A stretch of 64,000 bases of DNA, taken from contig CAVTSJ010000014.1 of the NCBI GenBank assembly GCA_963737325.1, positions 106,347-170,346 of the forward strand, read 5' to 3'. A program made the translations under genes and the position numbers. The first letter of the stretch is position 1. Every line of letters begins with the position of its first letter. This stretch comes from an uncultured Acidobacteriaceae bacterium (GTDB lineage: Bacteria; Acidobacteriota; Terriglobia; Terriglobales; Acidobacteriaceae). The notes beneath the pieces are model-generated. The model did not search any database. It saw nothing but the letters and a program-made list of their open reading frames with translations, and was not told where the DNA came from. Positions 44,884-55,239 of this stretch are shown piece by piece.

Positions 44884-44979
44884 CGGGAGTAAGATGTCCT
44901 TACCACCCTGAGACCCATTCCGGGTCATGCAGGCCGCGTGAAACGGGACATCACCTCCGCTCCCGATCAGGCGGCCTGT
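44884..44979. other. Structured intergenic element with four complementary segment pairs (candidate ncRNA or 3'UTR element)
   Basis: CGGGAG/CTCCCG, GATGTCC/GGACATC, GACCC/GGGTC, CAGGCCGC/GCGGCCTG within 96 nt; see findings. Confidence 0.4.
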
Positions 44980-44993
44980 ACTTGTTTGCGAGC

Positions 44994-46421
44994 CTAATCG
45001 AGAAGCTGTTCCAGTGACTTCACCTGGCGGTGCTGGTAGCGCCGGTAGCGATCCAACAAAGAGGTTGGTCCGACAGCGTTGAGATACACCACATTCCCTT
45101 CGAACCGTTGCCCGGTGATCGTCGCTCCGCGCTCTAAGGCGGCAAGGATTCGACCCTCAGCCTGTGGAATGCGAAACTCCACGGATTCGAGGGGATCGGC
45201 CGTCAAGGCTGCGTCGATGGCATGCAGCAGATCCTCCAACCCGTCGCCCGTGAGCGCTGAAACGGCAACCGTCGCAGTGCCGTGCGAGCCGGCCTGGATC
45301 CTTGAGCCCGCGGGCAACAAATCGATCTTATTCAGGACCTGCAGGGTGGGTTTGTCCATAACACCCAACTCGGTTAGGACAGCCTCCACCTGGGCTCGTT
45401 GTTCGTCCAGGGTAGGGCTGGCAGCGTCGCGCACGTGCAGTAGAAGCTCAGCGCGTTCGACCTCTTCGAGTGTCGCGCGGAAGCTGGTCACGAGAGCGTG
45501 GGGAAGGTTTCGGATGAATCCAACAGTGTCTGAGAGCAACACTTTGCGTCGCGAAGGAAGGGTCAACTGACGCAGCTTCGGATCAAGCGTGGCAAACATT
45601 CGCTCCGAAGCAAGCACTTCCCCACCTGTCAACGAGTTGAACAGGGTGGACTTGCCGGCATTGGTGTATCCAACCAACGCCACGGTAGGCACAGGAACGG
45701 CCTCGCGTCTGCCTCTTTGCTGACGCCGAATGCGCCGCACAGCTTCCAGCTGCTGCTTGATGCGATCGAGCCGCGTGTTGATCTTGCGGCGATCGGTCTC
45801 GAGCTGCGTTTCGCCGGGACCTCGGGTTCCAATGCCGCCGCCGGTCTGCGACATCGTCTTCCCGCGGCCTGCGAGTCGAGGGAGTTGATATTCAAGCTGC
45901 GCCAACTCGACCTGCAGCTGCCCTTCGCGCGTTCGAGCGTGGCGGGCGAAGATGTCGAGAATGAGTTGGGTACGATCGATGACCGTGCACGGAAGTCGCG
46001 CTTCCACGTTGCGTGCCTGCGACGGAGTCAGATCGTGATCGAAGAGGACGAGGCTGGCACCCGTGGATGCGACGGTGGCAACAATCTCATCGAGTTTTCC
46101 ACCGCCAACCAGGGTAGCCGCATCAGGACGTCCGCGCCGCTGGATCAAGACTGCCGCGATGGTGGCACCGGCGGACCTGGCAAGCTCCTGAAACTCTGCT
46201 AACAAGGCATCAAAGTCCAGATCGATCGGAGGTTCGGCACCCGACGGTGCAGTCCCGGCCAGTTCGTCCAGGTGGTTCGCGGACACGGGATCGCGCTCCG
46301 AGATCGCCGCGGCAGCGCGCGCTTGCTGCGCTACGCTTGATGGACGAAATCGATCCGACGTGAACTCGACAGCAACCAGGACGGCGCTTTCACGCGAAGT
46401 TCGCTGCCGTGAGCGTAGCAA
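44994..46421 (-). CDS. hflX: GTPase HflX
   Basis: [44 protein letters not shown]. Start is uncertain. Confidence 0.96.
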   Translation of the reverse strand: MLRSRQRTSRESAVLVAVEFTSDRFRPSSVAQQARAAAAISERDPVSANHLDELAGTAPSGAEPPIDLDFDALLAEFQELARSAGATIAAVLIQRRGRPDAATLVGGGKLDEIVATVASTGASLVLFDHDLTPSQARNVEARLPCTVIDRTQLILDIFARHARTREGQLQVELAQLEYQLPRLAGRGKTMSQTGGGIGTRGPGETQLETDRRKINTRLDRIKQQLEAVRRIRRQQRGRREAVPVPTVALVGYTNAGKSTLFNSLTGGEVLASERMFATLDPKLRQLTLPSRRKVLLSDTVGFIRNLPHALVTSFRATLEEVERAELLLHVRDAASPTLDEQRAQVEAVLTELGVMDKPTLQVLNKIDLLPAGSRIQAGSHGTATVAVSALTGDGLEDLLHAIDAALTADPLESVEFRIPQAEGRILAALERGATITGQRFEGNVVYLNAVGPTSLLDRYRRYQHRQVKSLEQLLD

Positions 46422-46529
46422 ATCCCGTTCAACGGCTTCGCGATTCGCTCTCGCCTTGGATACTGGCTTAATTAGGCACCTTGCCTTGTAGCGCTAGCGA
46501 GCAGAGATCGCCGGGTGTCCGCGGATCGA

Positions 46530-46832
46530 CTAGCTATTGGCCGCTCCAGAAGCCGGCTGCGGAGTCTCTGCATGGTTTGACGAGATTGGTCGACTCTCGC
46601 TGCGCGTGTCACCGAAACCCGATGGGCGACCGCTCACCACGGTGGAGATTGCATGCTTGAAGATCAACTGTTCTTGCGCATTGTTTTCGAGCAGAACAGA
46701 ATATTTATCAAAGGAACGAATCTTGCCTGTCAGCTTTACACCGCTGACGAGGTAGATGGTGATGGGGCTTTTGTCCTTACGGACCGTATTCAGGAACGTA
46801 TCCTGAATGTTCTGTGCCGGCTTGGAATCCAT
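46530..46832 (-). CDS. hfq: RNA chaperone Hfq
   Basis: [30 protein letters not shown]; upstream of hflX. Confidence 0.97.
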   Translation of the reverse strand: MDSKPAQNIQDTFLNTVRKDKSPITIYLVSGVKLTGKIRSFDKYSVLLENNAQEQLIFKHAISTVVSGRPSGFGDTRSESRPISSNHAETPQPASGAANS

Positions 46833-47013
46833 GGGCCGATCTCCTCGTATCATTGCACTCAACCATTTTTTGACATTCCGCGCCAAAGACTCGCGGTCGA
46901 ACCATGCAGCAAAGCAGACTTGCACCCTTCACCCTATCGCCTTCGATGCTTCAGGACAAGGGCTTTGCGCACTGACTGGGCGGGGAAGGTGCTGGAAGAT
47001 TACGATGATAGAG

Positions 47014-48180
47014 ATGATTGAGACTGATACTCGCCCAAAATTGCTTGCCGTTCCGATGCTCGACTTTAGCCGCGAATTCGGAGAAGTCCGCGAAGAAATA
47101 CTGGCTGCGATTACTGCCGTTTGTGAATCGCAGCGGTTCATTCTGGGGCCGGAGGTGGCGCGGTTTGAGGCGGCGGCCGCTGAGGCTTGTGATGTACCGT
47201 TTGCCATCGGGTGTGCGAGTGGGACCGATGCGCTCTGGTTGGCGTTGGCAGCATTGAAGATAGGGGAGGGAGACGCGGTGGTTACTACACCGTTCAGCTT
47301 CTTTGCTACGGTGAGTTCGATTTTGCGGGTGGGGGCGAAGCCGGTTTTGGCGGACATTGACGGGGAGACGTTCAACCTTTCGCCGGGGGCGGTGGAGGAG
47401 GTTTTGGGCCGTGGTGGGGAGCAGTTTGCGGGGATTCTGCCCGTGCATTTGTATGGCCAATGTGCTGATATGACGGATTTTATGGCGATGGCCAAGGAAC
47501 GGAATTTGAAGGTGGTGGAGGACGCGGCGCAGGCGTTTGGGGCTTCGTGGGAAGGGGTTCGGGCGGGTGGTTTAGGGGATGCTGCGGCGTTTAGCTTTTA
47601 TCCGACCAAGAATCTGGCTGCGTTTGGGGATGCGGGGATGGTTTCTACTCGTGACGCGGAGATTGCGGAGCGGGCTAAAATGTTGAGAGCACATGGGATG
47701 CGGCGACGGTATTATCATGACGAGGTGGGGTGGAACTCGCGGCTGGATACGCTGCAGGCGGCCGTGCTGGAGGTGAAGCTGCGGCGGGTGGATGCCGGTA
47801 ATCGGCGACGGTTGGAGCTTGCGTGCCTTTATAATGAGCGGTTTACAGCGGCTGGGTTGGTCGGGAAGACTACCGCGGATGGGGTGGTGCTTCCCTTCTG
47901 CGATCCGCGGGGGGAGCATGTGTTTCACCAGTATGTGATCCGGGCGCCGCGGCGGGATGCGCTGCGGGAGTATTTGACGGCCCATTCGATTGGTTCAGAA
48001 GTCTTTTATCCTCTGCCACTTAGCTTGCAGGATAGCTTGAAGTTTCTGGGCTATAGGAAAGGTGATTTTCCGGTTAGTGAGCGGGCTGCGGAGGAGGTCC
48101 TGGCGCTGCCGATTTACCCGGGTTTGCGGGTGGAGGAGCTGGAGAGCGTGGTGGAGGCGATTCGGCGGTTTTACGCTTGA
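47014..48180 (+). CDS. DegT/DnrJ/EryC1/StrS PLP aminotransferase
   Basis: ASGTDAL, PVHLYGQ, EDAAQA, SFYPTKNL--GDAG, NSRLD-LQAA. Start is uncertain. Confidence 0.93.
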   Translation: MIETDTRPKLLAVPMLDFSREFGEVREEILAAITAVCESQRFILGPEVARFEAAAAEACDVPFAIGCASGTDALWLALAALKIGEGDAVVTTPFSFFATVSSILRVGAKPVLADIDGETFNLSPGAVEEVLGRGGEQFAGILPVHLYGQCADMTDFMAMAKERNLKVVEDAAQAFGASWEGVRAGGLGDAAAFSFYPTKNLAAFGDAGMVSTRDAEIAERAKMLRAHGMRRRYYHDEVGWNSRLDTLQAAVLEVKLRRVDAGNRRRLELACLYNERFTAAGLVGKTTADGVVLPFCDPRGEHVFHQYVIRAPRRDALREYLTAHSIGSEVFYPLPLSLQDSLKFLGYRKGDFPVSERAAEEVLALPIYPGLRVEELESVVEAIRRFYA

Positions 48181-48327
48181 GGTGGGGAGTTTGGCCCATA
48201 TTCGGTAGATTCCGGGTTGCAAATCGACTGCTATAGCTATGTTTCGTGCTGCAAATCGAGGGTTACAGCGCGCTATGACTGAGTGGTCAGTCAGTTATTC
48301 CTTTACCTGTTGCCGGGATCAAGCGAT

Positions 48328-48427
48328 CCCACCTTAGCGCCCAAAAGCGGGCGCGAAGATCGGGCACCCGGGACCCTAGGAATCTTCCTCAAGCCCGTCC
48401 GCAAAAGCGCGTACGGATGGGGCACCC
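48328..48427 (+). repeat. Two tandem REP-like hairpins, each ending in GGGCACCC
   Basis: CCCACCTTAGCGCCC...GGGCGCGAAGATCGGGCACCC (48328-48369) and CCCGTCCG...CGGATGGGGCACCC (48394-48427). Confidence 0.65.
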
Positions 48428-48438
48428 AGAGGCAGGGG

Positions 48439-49635
48439 TCAGTGTTTGGGGTGCCTGGCGGGTTTCTTCGCCGCGTCCCTAGCGGCTCTCTTGCCGCCCT
48501 TCTTTTCCGCTTCAGGTTCGGGGTGGGCTTCGGGTTCGGGCTGGGTGCCGGGGGCGAGGATGCGGCGGCAGATGTTGCCTTCGAGGCGGTAGGTTTTGGC
48601 GATAGTCCGGCCGGGCTTGATAAGGCCGGTGGTGGGGTCGGGGGTGGGGATGGGCTGGTCGGCGGCGAGGACTTTATAGGTGAAGGCGGGGAGCATCTGG
48701 GTGGCCTCGGCTCCCTTGCCGTAGGGGTCTTTACGGAAGCCCAGCTTCACGGGCAGGTAGCCAAGGATGTTGCGTTCGGCAAAGCCGGTCTCGTAGCGAT
48801 GCTTTTTGGTGTTCCAGATGAAGACGCGGACCTGGTTGAAGTCGTAGGGGAGGCCGGCTTTGTAGGGGGAGAGGACGGTGACGTACTCGGGGATGGAGGA
48901 GATGGTGTTGCCGTTGTCGAGGATGCCGGAGTTGGGGTCGTCGACGTGGGCGAGGATGTAGGCGCCGACAATGCGCTGGCCCTCGGCGTAGCGCAGGAGG
49001 GAGTCGGGCGCGGAGACCTCGAGGAGGCGGCCGTAGATCCAGCCGGTCTGGCCGAACTTATCGCGGACGAGCCACCAGTCTTCGTAGATGGGGCCGGGAG
49101 GCGGGGCGTTGGGCGCGGCCGGTGCCGTGGCGACTTCGGCGCCGGGAGTTATGGGCTTGGGGACGGAGGCGCGCTGGAGAAGGCTGAGCGTGTCGTTTTC
49201 AGGGAGCAGGTAGAAGTGTTCGGTCTCGCGGCCGGGAGCAACGTGGAGGTACGCTTCGTCGCCGGTGGAGGCTGTGGCGACTACGGGGTCCTGGGCGTGA
49301 TCTTTGCGGAGCGCGTCGAACTTGCCGGCGATGTCCTGGGGAACGGTTAGGCGTTCTTCGATCCAGCCGATTTCGTTCTGGGGAGTACGGACCTTGACCC
49401 AGCGGCGAGCTCGTTCGAGGACCACGAGCTGTTCGCCATTGGTGACGGTGCCGGTGCGGTTGGAGACGGCGGCGACGCGATCGCGAAGGTAGGTTTGCTT
49501 GGCGACGACGTAGACGTACTGCTCAGAGGGATGGGGATGGAAGTGGGAGCAACCGGAGAGCGCGCAGGTGAAGGCGATGCCCAAAATGGCGAGCGCAAGG
49601 CGCCGGCGGCTCAGCTTCGAGAGAACCTGGTGCAT
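48439..49635 (-). CDS. SH3-domain putative lipoprotein
   Basis: Lipobox ALSGC; LR------G----GE-L-VLE--RRWVKVR---E-GW SH3b-like repeats. Confidence 0.8.
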   Translation of the reverse strand: MHQVLSKLSRRRLALAILGIAFTCALSGCSHFHPHPSEQYVYVVAKQTYLRDRVAAVSNRTGTVTNGEQLVVLERARRWVKVRTPQNEIGWIEERLTVPQDIAGKFDALRKDHAQDPVVATASTGDEAYLHVAPGRETEHFYLLPENDTLSLLQRASVPKPITPGAEVATAPAAPNAPPPGPIYEDWWLVRDKFGQTGWIYGRLLEVSAPDSLLRYAEGQRIVGAYILAHVDDPNSGILDNGNTISSIPEYVTVLSPYKAGLPYDFNQVRVFIWNTKKHRYETGFAERNILGYLPVKLGFRKDPYGKGAEATQMLPAFTYKVLAADQPIPTPDPTTGLIKPGRTIAKTYRLEGNICRRILAPGTQPEPEAHPEPEAEKKGGKRAARDAAKKPARHPKH

Positions 49636-49933
49636 GGTTGGGTGATGCCTTTGGGTGCGCCCGCGATGTACTGATGGGAGTGGGACACGCCTGAATCCAG
49701 AGTAGCGCGAAGTGGGCGGGGAGGGGGTATATACGGGGATACGGTGAGGCGGTTGGCTGCGATTCGGGACTGGGTGGGACGGAGCGGGCGACTTTCCGGG
49801 GGCGGATGCGAAGTTGCCGCAATGCCGAATTCGCAGGTAAAGCCAGGAAGTTCGAGCGCGCCTGTCATATTTGCCAGTTCCAAATGGCCGCCGTTTGTAG
49901 TCGAATCCAATTTCCAGATGGAGGAGAACGCAA

Positions 49934-51922
49934 ATGGCATCGACGAGAACACGTTTAGTTGCTCTTATGTTGGTCGGGTTGTGTATCGCAGCGCGCGCAT
50001 TTGCCGCCGATATCAAGGGGCAGGTGCTGCTTGGGAATGCGCCTGTCGCAAGGTCCACGGTCACTCTGTGGGAGGCGAGCGCGGGCGCGCCAAAGCAGCT
50101 TGCACAGACCGGGACCAGCGGCGATGGCCGCTTTCAGGTTCGCACCAACGGAGCGCATGGAGATGCCATTCTCTATTTGATCGCCAGCGGTGGCGAAGCC
50201 AAAGCCAAGAACGGGAGCGCAGACAATCCAGCGCTCGTCCTGATGACGGTATTGCAGAGTGATCCGCCGGCCAACGTAACGATCAATGAGTTGACGACCG
50301 TGGCCTCAGCTTTCACTGCCGCACGATTTATCAGCGGCGAGGCGATCTCCGGCAACACGCTTGGTCTGCACATCGCCGCGGGGAACGCGCCAAACCTGGT
50401 AGATCCCGTGACCGGCGGATGGGGCAAGGTGCTTCTGGACCCGCTCAACAGCACACAGACAACGACGCTGGTAACGCTGGACACGCTGGGCTCGCTGATT
50501 ACCGCGTTCGCGACCGTAGCTGACGACAACTGGCGCGCTCGCTTCTTCAAGGCGGCGACTCCAGTCGCGGGACCGGCGCCCACCAACACGCTTGAGGCAA
50601 TGGCTGGCATCGCCCGCGAGCCGTGGGCCGACCCCGCGGATCTGTACGCATTGTTCGGGGAAGCCTATCCGCAGCCCAAGGATGGCGCACGACGCGCGGC
50701 GCCGTTTGTGCCGTATCTCGCGCTGGTTCCGTCGGACTTCTCGCTTAGCCTTTGCTTTGCGGGCGGGGGTATCTATTCCGCCGGCAGAATCATGTTCGAC
50801 GCGAAGGGCAATATGTGGAGCGGGCAGAACTGGATGGCCGGCTCGCAATCCGGAGTCATTCGGAGCATTGGCGGCGGCTTGTCGGAGCTTACTCCCAACG
50901 GCACGCCGCTCTCACCGCCGATCGTCGGCTTTACCGGGATGGGCATTGATGGAATCGGGTGGGGCACCGCGGTGACGAAAGACAGGGTCTGGGTCACCAG
51001 CTTTGACGGCAGCATCGGCGTGATGGACTTCGACGGTCATCCAGTCGCCTCGGAAAGCGATTTTCCCTTCAAAGAAAAATTACTCGGCTTGATGGGCATC
51101 GGGGTTGCGGCGAATGGGGATGTGTGGATCTGCGATGGCTCTGGCGACCAAATGCTGTACTTCCCGGGCGGTCGAATCAAGGAAGGCAAGATCGTCAAGG
51201 TTCCGGGACTGAAGTCTCCCTTTGACGTCGTCATCGACGATCAGAATCGTGTCTGGGTGAGTAACTCTCAGTCCGACACCGTCGTTCGGTTCCCAGCCGA
51301 TGATCCTTCCAAGGCGGAGAGTTTCCGTGCCGGCATCAGCGTCCGCGCGTTGGCGCTCGACTCGAAGGGCAACGTGTGGGTGGCCAGCAATACTTCGCTG
51401 GACTTCCCTGTGCCAAAGGTTCCTGCGGGCGCGTCCATCATGGAGCAGTTCCGGCTGCTGGGCGTGGCGATGCTCCAGTATCCGAAACCGACCGGCATCA
51501 TCAGCATGATCGAGCCGGACGGCACGCAACCGACGCCAGCGGGCTACACGGGTGGCGGGAAGGTGGACGTGCCATGGGGCTTGAACATCGACGGCAACGA
51601 TGATGTCTGGTTCGGCAATTTCCGCAGCCGCGGCGTGGTATTGATGGCAGGACAAGACACCAAGGGCCATCCCGCAGGCACCAAAACCGGCGATGTCCTC
51701 CACGTCTTCCAGAGTGGCAGCATACAAATGATCACCGACACGTCGATTGACGCGGCGGGTGACGTCTGGGCTGCGAACAACTGGAATTATCCCCAGGCAG
51801 CTGTTGAGGCTGACCCAGCCCGCGCCACATCCACCTGGGCCGGAGGGGCAGGCATTACGGTCATCTACGGAGTGGCAGGCCCGGTGAAACCTCCGCGCAT
51901 GGGCAAGGTGCAGACGTACTGA
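49934..51922 (+). CDS. Secreted NHL/beta-propeller repeat protein
   Basis: Signal peptide; repeated D--GNMWSG, D--NRVWVSN, DS-GNVWVA, D-ND-VWFG units. Confidence 0.75.
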   Translation: MASTRTRLVALMLVGLCIAARAFAADIKGQVLLGNAPVARSTVTLWEASAGAPKQLAQTGTSGDGRFQVRTNGAHGDAILYLIASGGEAKAKNGSADNPALVLMTVLQSDPPANVTINELTTVASAFTAARFISGEAISGNTLGLHIAAGNAPNLVDPVTGGWGKVLLDPLNSTQTTTLVTLDTLGSLITAFATVADDNWRARFFKAATPVAGPAPTNTLEAMAGIAREPWADPADLYALFGEAYPQPKDGARRAAPFVPYLALVPSDFSLSLCFAGGGIYSAGRIMFDAKGNMWSGQNWMAGSQSGVIRSIGGGLSELTPNGTPLSPPIVGFTGMGIDGIGWGTAVTKDRVWVTSFDGSIGVMDFDGHPVASESDFPFKEKLLGLMGIGVAANGDVWICDGSGDQMLYFPGGRIKEGKIVKVPGLKSPFDVVIDDQNRVWVSNSQSDTVVRFPADDPSKAESFRAGISVRALALDSKGNVWVASNTSLDFPVPKVPAGASIMEQFRLLGVAMLQYPKPTGIISMIEPDGTQPTPAGYTGGGKVDVPWGLNIDGNDDVWFGNFRSRGVVLMAGQDTKGHPAGTKTGDVLHVFQSGSIQMITDTSIDAAGDVWAANNWNYPQAAVEADPARATSTWAGGAGITVIYGVAGPVKPPRMGKVQTY

Positions 51923-52025
51923 GAGTCTATGTTGCAGCGCCGCGTAGGTGCATCGGTAGATTGAAGCGCGGCGCGTGGCTGGTGTTTTTGGATACAGACT
52001 TGAGCCGAAACGAGAGGTGGCAACC

Positions 52026-52412
52026 ATGAAGACCAGGACGGTGCTCCTTATCTCAGCGACGCTTGAATTGGCGACTGGGATGGCCCTGGCCGCCGTGCCA
52101 AATTTTGTTGCGGGCTTGCTGCTTTCCACGGGGCTCACGCGGCCCGGAGAAGCTGTAGGACGACTAGGCGGGCTCGGTCTGTTTTCCCTGGCCATCGCCT
52201 GCTGGCCGCGCGGCGAAAGCGATCAACCGCAGCCCATCCGAGGGTTATTGTTTTACAACCTGGCGGCAGCGGTTTACCTGGGTTATCTGAGATTCGGTGG
52301 TGGGTTTACGAGTTATCTTCTCCTGGCAGCCTGCGTTTTTCACGCGCTATTGGCCTTGCTGCTTGCTCGCCCGGCATACCGGAGTGCCGCCGATAGAGAT
52401 CCTGTTGTGTGA
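52026..52412 (+). CDS. Small 4-TM hypothetical membrane protein
   Basis: AGGTGG RBS before ATG 52026; four hydrophobic segments. Confidence 0.65.
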   Translation: MKTRTVLLISATLELATGMALAAVPNFVAGLLLSTGLTRPGEAVGRLGGLGLFSLAIACWPRGESDQPQPIRGLLFYNLAAAVYLGYLRFGGGFTSYLLLAACVFHALLALLLARPAYRSAADRDPVV

Positions 52413-52434
52413 AGGGTGTTCTGCTCGAGGCGGG

Positions 52435-53631
52435 TTATTGGGTGGTGGCGATGGCGCTGACTACGGCGGAGTTGGTGCCGGTGCCGGCGCTGCCTGAGGA
52501 GGTGAGGGCTCCGGCGGAATTAATGGAAAAGAGCTCGATGCCAGTGGCGGTGTTGTAGCCAGAGGTGATGAGGTAGTCGCCGGAGTTGTCGAAGGCTAGC
52601 GCGCCGATAGAGGTGGGGCCGGTGAAGGGGCTGCCGGAGATGGTGGTGAGGACGGCGTTGGTGCCGATGGAGAATCCGGAGATGGTGCCGTCGACCTTGT
52701 TGCCGACGTAGACGAAGGTGGAGGCGCTGTTGACGGCAACGGAGCGGGGGCCGCTGCCGGCGGTGTAGGTCTTGAGCGCGGTGGGGACGCCGGCGGTGGT
52801 GGCGGAGAAGACGGCGAGGCCATTGGTGCTGGCGGCGTAGAGATAGTTGTTGGCGTCGATGGCAACCGCGTAGATGCCGATCTGGCTGGTTGCGGGGGCG
52901 ATGGGATTCTGGGGCGTGAGGGCGCCGGTGGAGGTGTCGAAGGCGAAGGTCTGGAGGCCGCCAGTGCCCAGGGCTACGGCAACGTAGTCGCCGCTGGGAG
53001 CTACGGCGACGTTGATGGAGGCATAGCCGCTGGTGCCGGCGCCGGGTGTGATGGCGCCGGTGGTGGCGAAGGTGACGGCGCCGGTGGAGGTGTTGATGGA
53101 GTATTCGGATAGGGTGAGGCTGTTGGCGTCGAGGACAAAGAGCCAATTGCCATCAGGTGAGACGGCGAGGGAGACGGCACTCTCGGTGACGAGGGGCTTG
53201 CCGCTGGAGAGGATGTTGAGGGCGCCGCCGGTGCCGATGGAGTAGCCGTAGAGGTAGCCGGTGCTGACGCCGGGGTTGCTGACAGCGTAGAGGAAGGTGT
53301 TGGCCGGGGTGACGGCCATGGCGATGGGCTGGTAGCCGAAGGAGAAGGGAGCGCTGGTGGCCGTGGTGAGCGTTCCGTTGGCGAGGTTGTAGCCGTTGAC
53401 GGTGTTGGCGGAGGTGGCGCTGTTGGCTACATAGGCGAAGTCGGTGCCAGTGGCCGGGCAGGTGACGGTGGAGGATGGGACGCAGGGGGTTGCTGGGCAG
53501 TCGGCTTTGCCTTCGCAGACGAAGAAGCTGCCGCAGCTGCTGAGCAGGATGGTGGTGGCCGAGAGAAGGGCGAGCGCGCAGAGATGCGCGGGGATCGGGC
53601 GAAACGCAAAGCGGCGGGCGGCAGGCGCCAT
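52435..53631 (-). CDS. Lactonase-like beta-propeller lipoprotein
   Basis: Lipobox LSSC; repeated SPDGNWLFV, APSGDYVAV, G-GPRSVAV--A-TFVYVGN. Confidence 0.8.
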   Translation of the reverse strand: MAPAARRFAFRPIPAHLCALALLSATTILLSSCGSFFVCEGKADCPATPCVPSSTVTCPATGTDFAYVANSATSANTVNGYNLANGTLTTATSAPFSFGYQPIAMAVTPANTFLYAVSNPGVSTGYLYGYSIGTGGALNILSSGKPLVTESAVSLAVSPDGNWLFVLDANSLTLSEYSINTSTGAVTFATTGAITPGAGTSGYASINVAVAPSGDYVAVALGTGGLQTFAFDTSTGALTPQNPIAPATSQIGIYAVAIDANNYLYAASTNGLAVFSATTAGVPTALKTYTAGSGPRSVAVNSASTFVYVGNKVDGTISGFSIGTNAVLTTISGSPFTGPTSIGALAFDNSGDYLITSGYNTATGIELFSINSAGALTSSGSAGTGTNSAVVSAIATTQ

Positions 53632-53891
53632 GATCGGACTCTCCATAGCCATCGGGCAGTGGTCTGCCCTCTGATAGTAGTTCATTGAACCAGGTGCACC
53701 TTGTGGGAGTGCTGAAGCTTAGGACGGATGGGAGTGGGAAGGGTTTCTGCGGAGGCGGAGAAAGATTTTGTGAATTGGGGGTGAAGGTGCGCGCGGGAGG
53801 TGCGGGGCAATCCGGTGGGAGGCGAGGAACGTCTCTTGAAGAGGGCGGCGGCTTCCAAGTGCGAGGGTAAGGCCGTATCATCGGAGTCTGT

Positions 53892-54455
53892 ATGCCGAGT
53901 TTTCCTGACAGCATTTTTTTGTTCGTGTTGGCGCTGCTGCTGTTTGGGCCGAAGCGGCTGCCGGTGCTGGCTCGCGAGTTGGGGAAATGGGTGGGTGAGT
54001 TTCGGCGAGCGAGCAACGAGTTCAAGATGCAGATGGAAGAAGAGCTGCGGCTGAGCGAGCAGGCGGAGAAGAATAAACAGATTGCGGCAATGCAGGCCGC
54101 GGCTCCGGTTGCACCGGCGATTACGGAGACGCCTGGTCCTGCGCGGACGGCGGGAGTGGACGAAGTGGTTGCTGAGACGGCGGTGGTGGAATCAGGTTCG
54201 GTGGAAACACAGGTCTCAGAAGCGAGACCTGGGGCACCCGAGTATGAGGTGGTGGATGGGGTGAAGACGGCGGTGCCGATTGCTGTGTCGGGTGATTTGA
54301 AGATTATGCCGCCCAAGACGGGGTTGCCGGTGGCGGCGGCAAATGGTGGGCCCAGCGGGGCTCCCAGAAACAGTGCGCTGAAGGGGTTGCTGGATGCGAT
54401 TCCGGCGGCGGAGCCTGAAGACAGTTCGGCGGAGACGGCTACCCATGGCAACTGA
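53892..54455 (+). CDS. tatB: Twin-arginine translocase TatB-like subunit
   Basis: LLLFGPKRLP, amphipathic helix, upstream of tatC. Confidence 0.82.
   Translation: MPSFPDSIFLFVLALLLFGPKRLPVLARELGKWVGEFRRASNEFKMQMEEELRLSEQAEKNKQIAAMQAAAPVAPAITETPGPARTAGVDEVVAETAVVESGSVETQVSEARPGAPEYEVVDGVKTAVPIAVSGDLKIMPPKTGLPVAAANGGPSGAPRNSALKGLLDAIPAAEPEDSSAETATHGN
54207..54239 (+). repeat. REP-like hairpin copy in frame inside tatB
   Basis: ACACAGGTCTC-AGAAGC-GAGACCTGGGGCACCC, same family as the 58457 and 61851 copies. Confidence 0.8.
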
Positions 54456-55239
54456 TCTGGTAGACCGCGCACGGACCGCGGTGCATGACCGGGCGGAGCT
54501 GCCGGGGATGAGTTTGATGGAGCATCTGGAGGAGCTGCGCAGCCGGCTGTTTTGGATTTTCGGGTACCTGGCGGGCGGGTTTGTGGTGGCCTGGATCTTT
54601 CGGAATCGGCTGGTTGGGTATATCCAGAAGCCGCTGGTGGATATCGGGCTGAAGATGACGATGACGCATCCTACCGATGCGATCAATTTCTTCATTAAGA
54701 CTTCGCTGGTGTGCGGCGCTATCATTGCTTCGCCGTTCATTCTGTACCAGGTGTGGCTGTTTATTTCGCCGGGGATGTATCAGAACGAGAAGAAGTATGT
54801 GTGGCCGTTCATGTCGGCGACGGTGGGGCTGTTTCTGGCGGGGACGTGGTTTGGGTATCGGTATGTGCTGCCGGGCGCGATGGTGTTCCTGATCCAGGAT
54901 TTCGGCAAGAACTTTACGCACATGATCACGATCGACGACTACACCGGATTCTTTCTGGCCGTGATTCTCGGGTTGGGCATTACGTTCGAGATGCCGATTG
55001 TGATTTTCTTCCTGGCGCTGTTCGGGATTGTGGATGCGAAGTTTCTGCTGAAGAATTTTCGCTATGCAATTATGGCGATCTTTCTGCTGGCAGCGGTGAT
55101 CTGCCCGGATCCCAGCCCGGTGGGGATGTGCTTGTTCGCTTCGCCAATGCTGGTGCTGTATTTCGTGGGCGTGGGGGTGGCTTATTTTGTGCATCCGAAC
55201 CGGCGGAAGAAGAAGGACGTTGTGACGGGAGCGGCTTAG
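54445..55239 (+). CDS. tatC: Twin-arginine translocase TatC
   Basis: MSLMEHLEELR-RL, SPFILYQVWLFISPGMY--E, FEMP. Confidence 0.96.
   Translation: MATDLVDRARTAVHDRAELPGMSLMEHLEELRSRLFWIFGYLAGGFVVAWIFRNRLVGYIQKPLVDIGLKMTMTHPTDAINFFIKTSLVCGAIIASPFILYQVWLFISPGMYQNEKKYVWPFMSATVGLFLAGTWFGYRYVLPGAMVFLIQDFGKNFTHMITIDDYTGFFLAVILGLGITFEMPIVIFFLALFGIVDAKFLLKNFRYAIMAIFLLAAVICPDPSPVGMCLFASPMLVLYFVGVGVAYFVHPNRRKKKDVVTGAA

Noticed and set aside
44884-44979. HDV-like or hammerhead ribozyme, or 6S RNA
   Set aside because: There is a CPEB3-like TTCACG word and a GAAAC, but P3/P1.1/J4-2 geometry and the CUGANGA core do not fit; too short for the 6S rod with central bubble.
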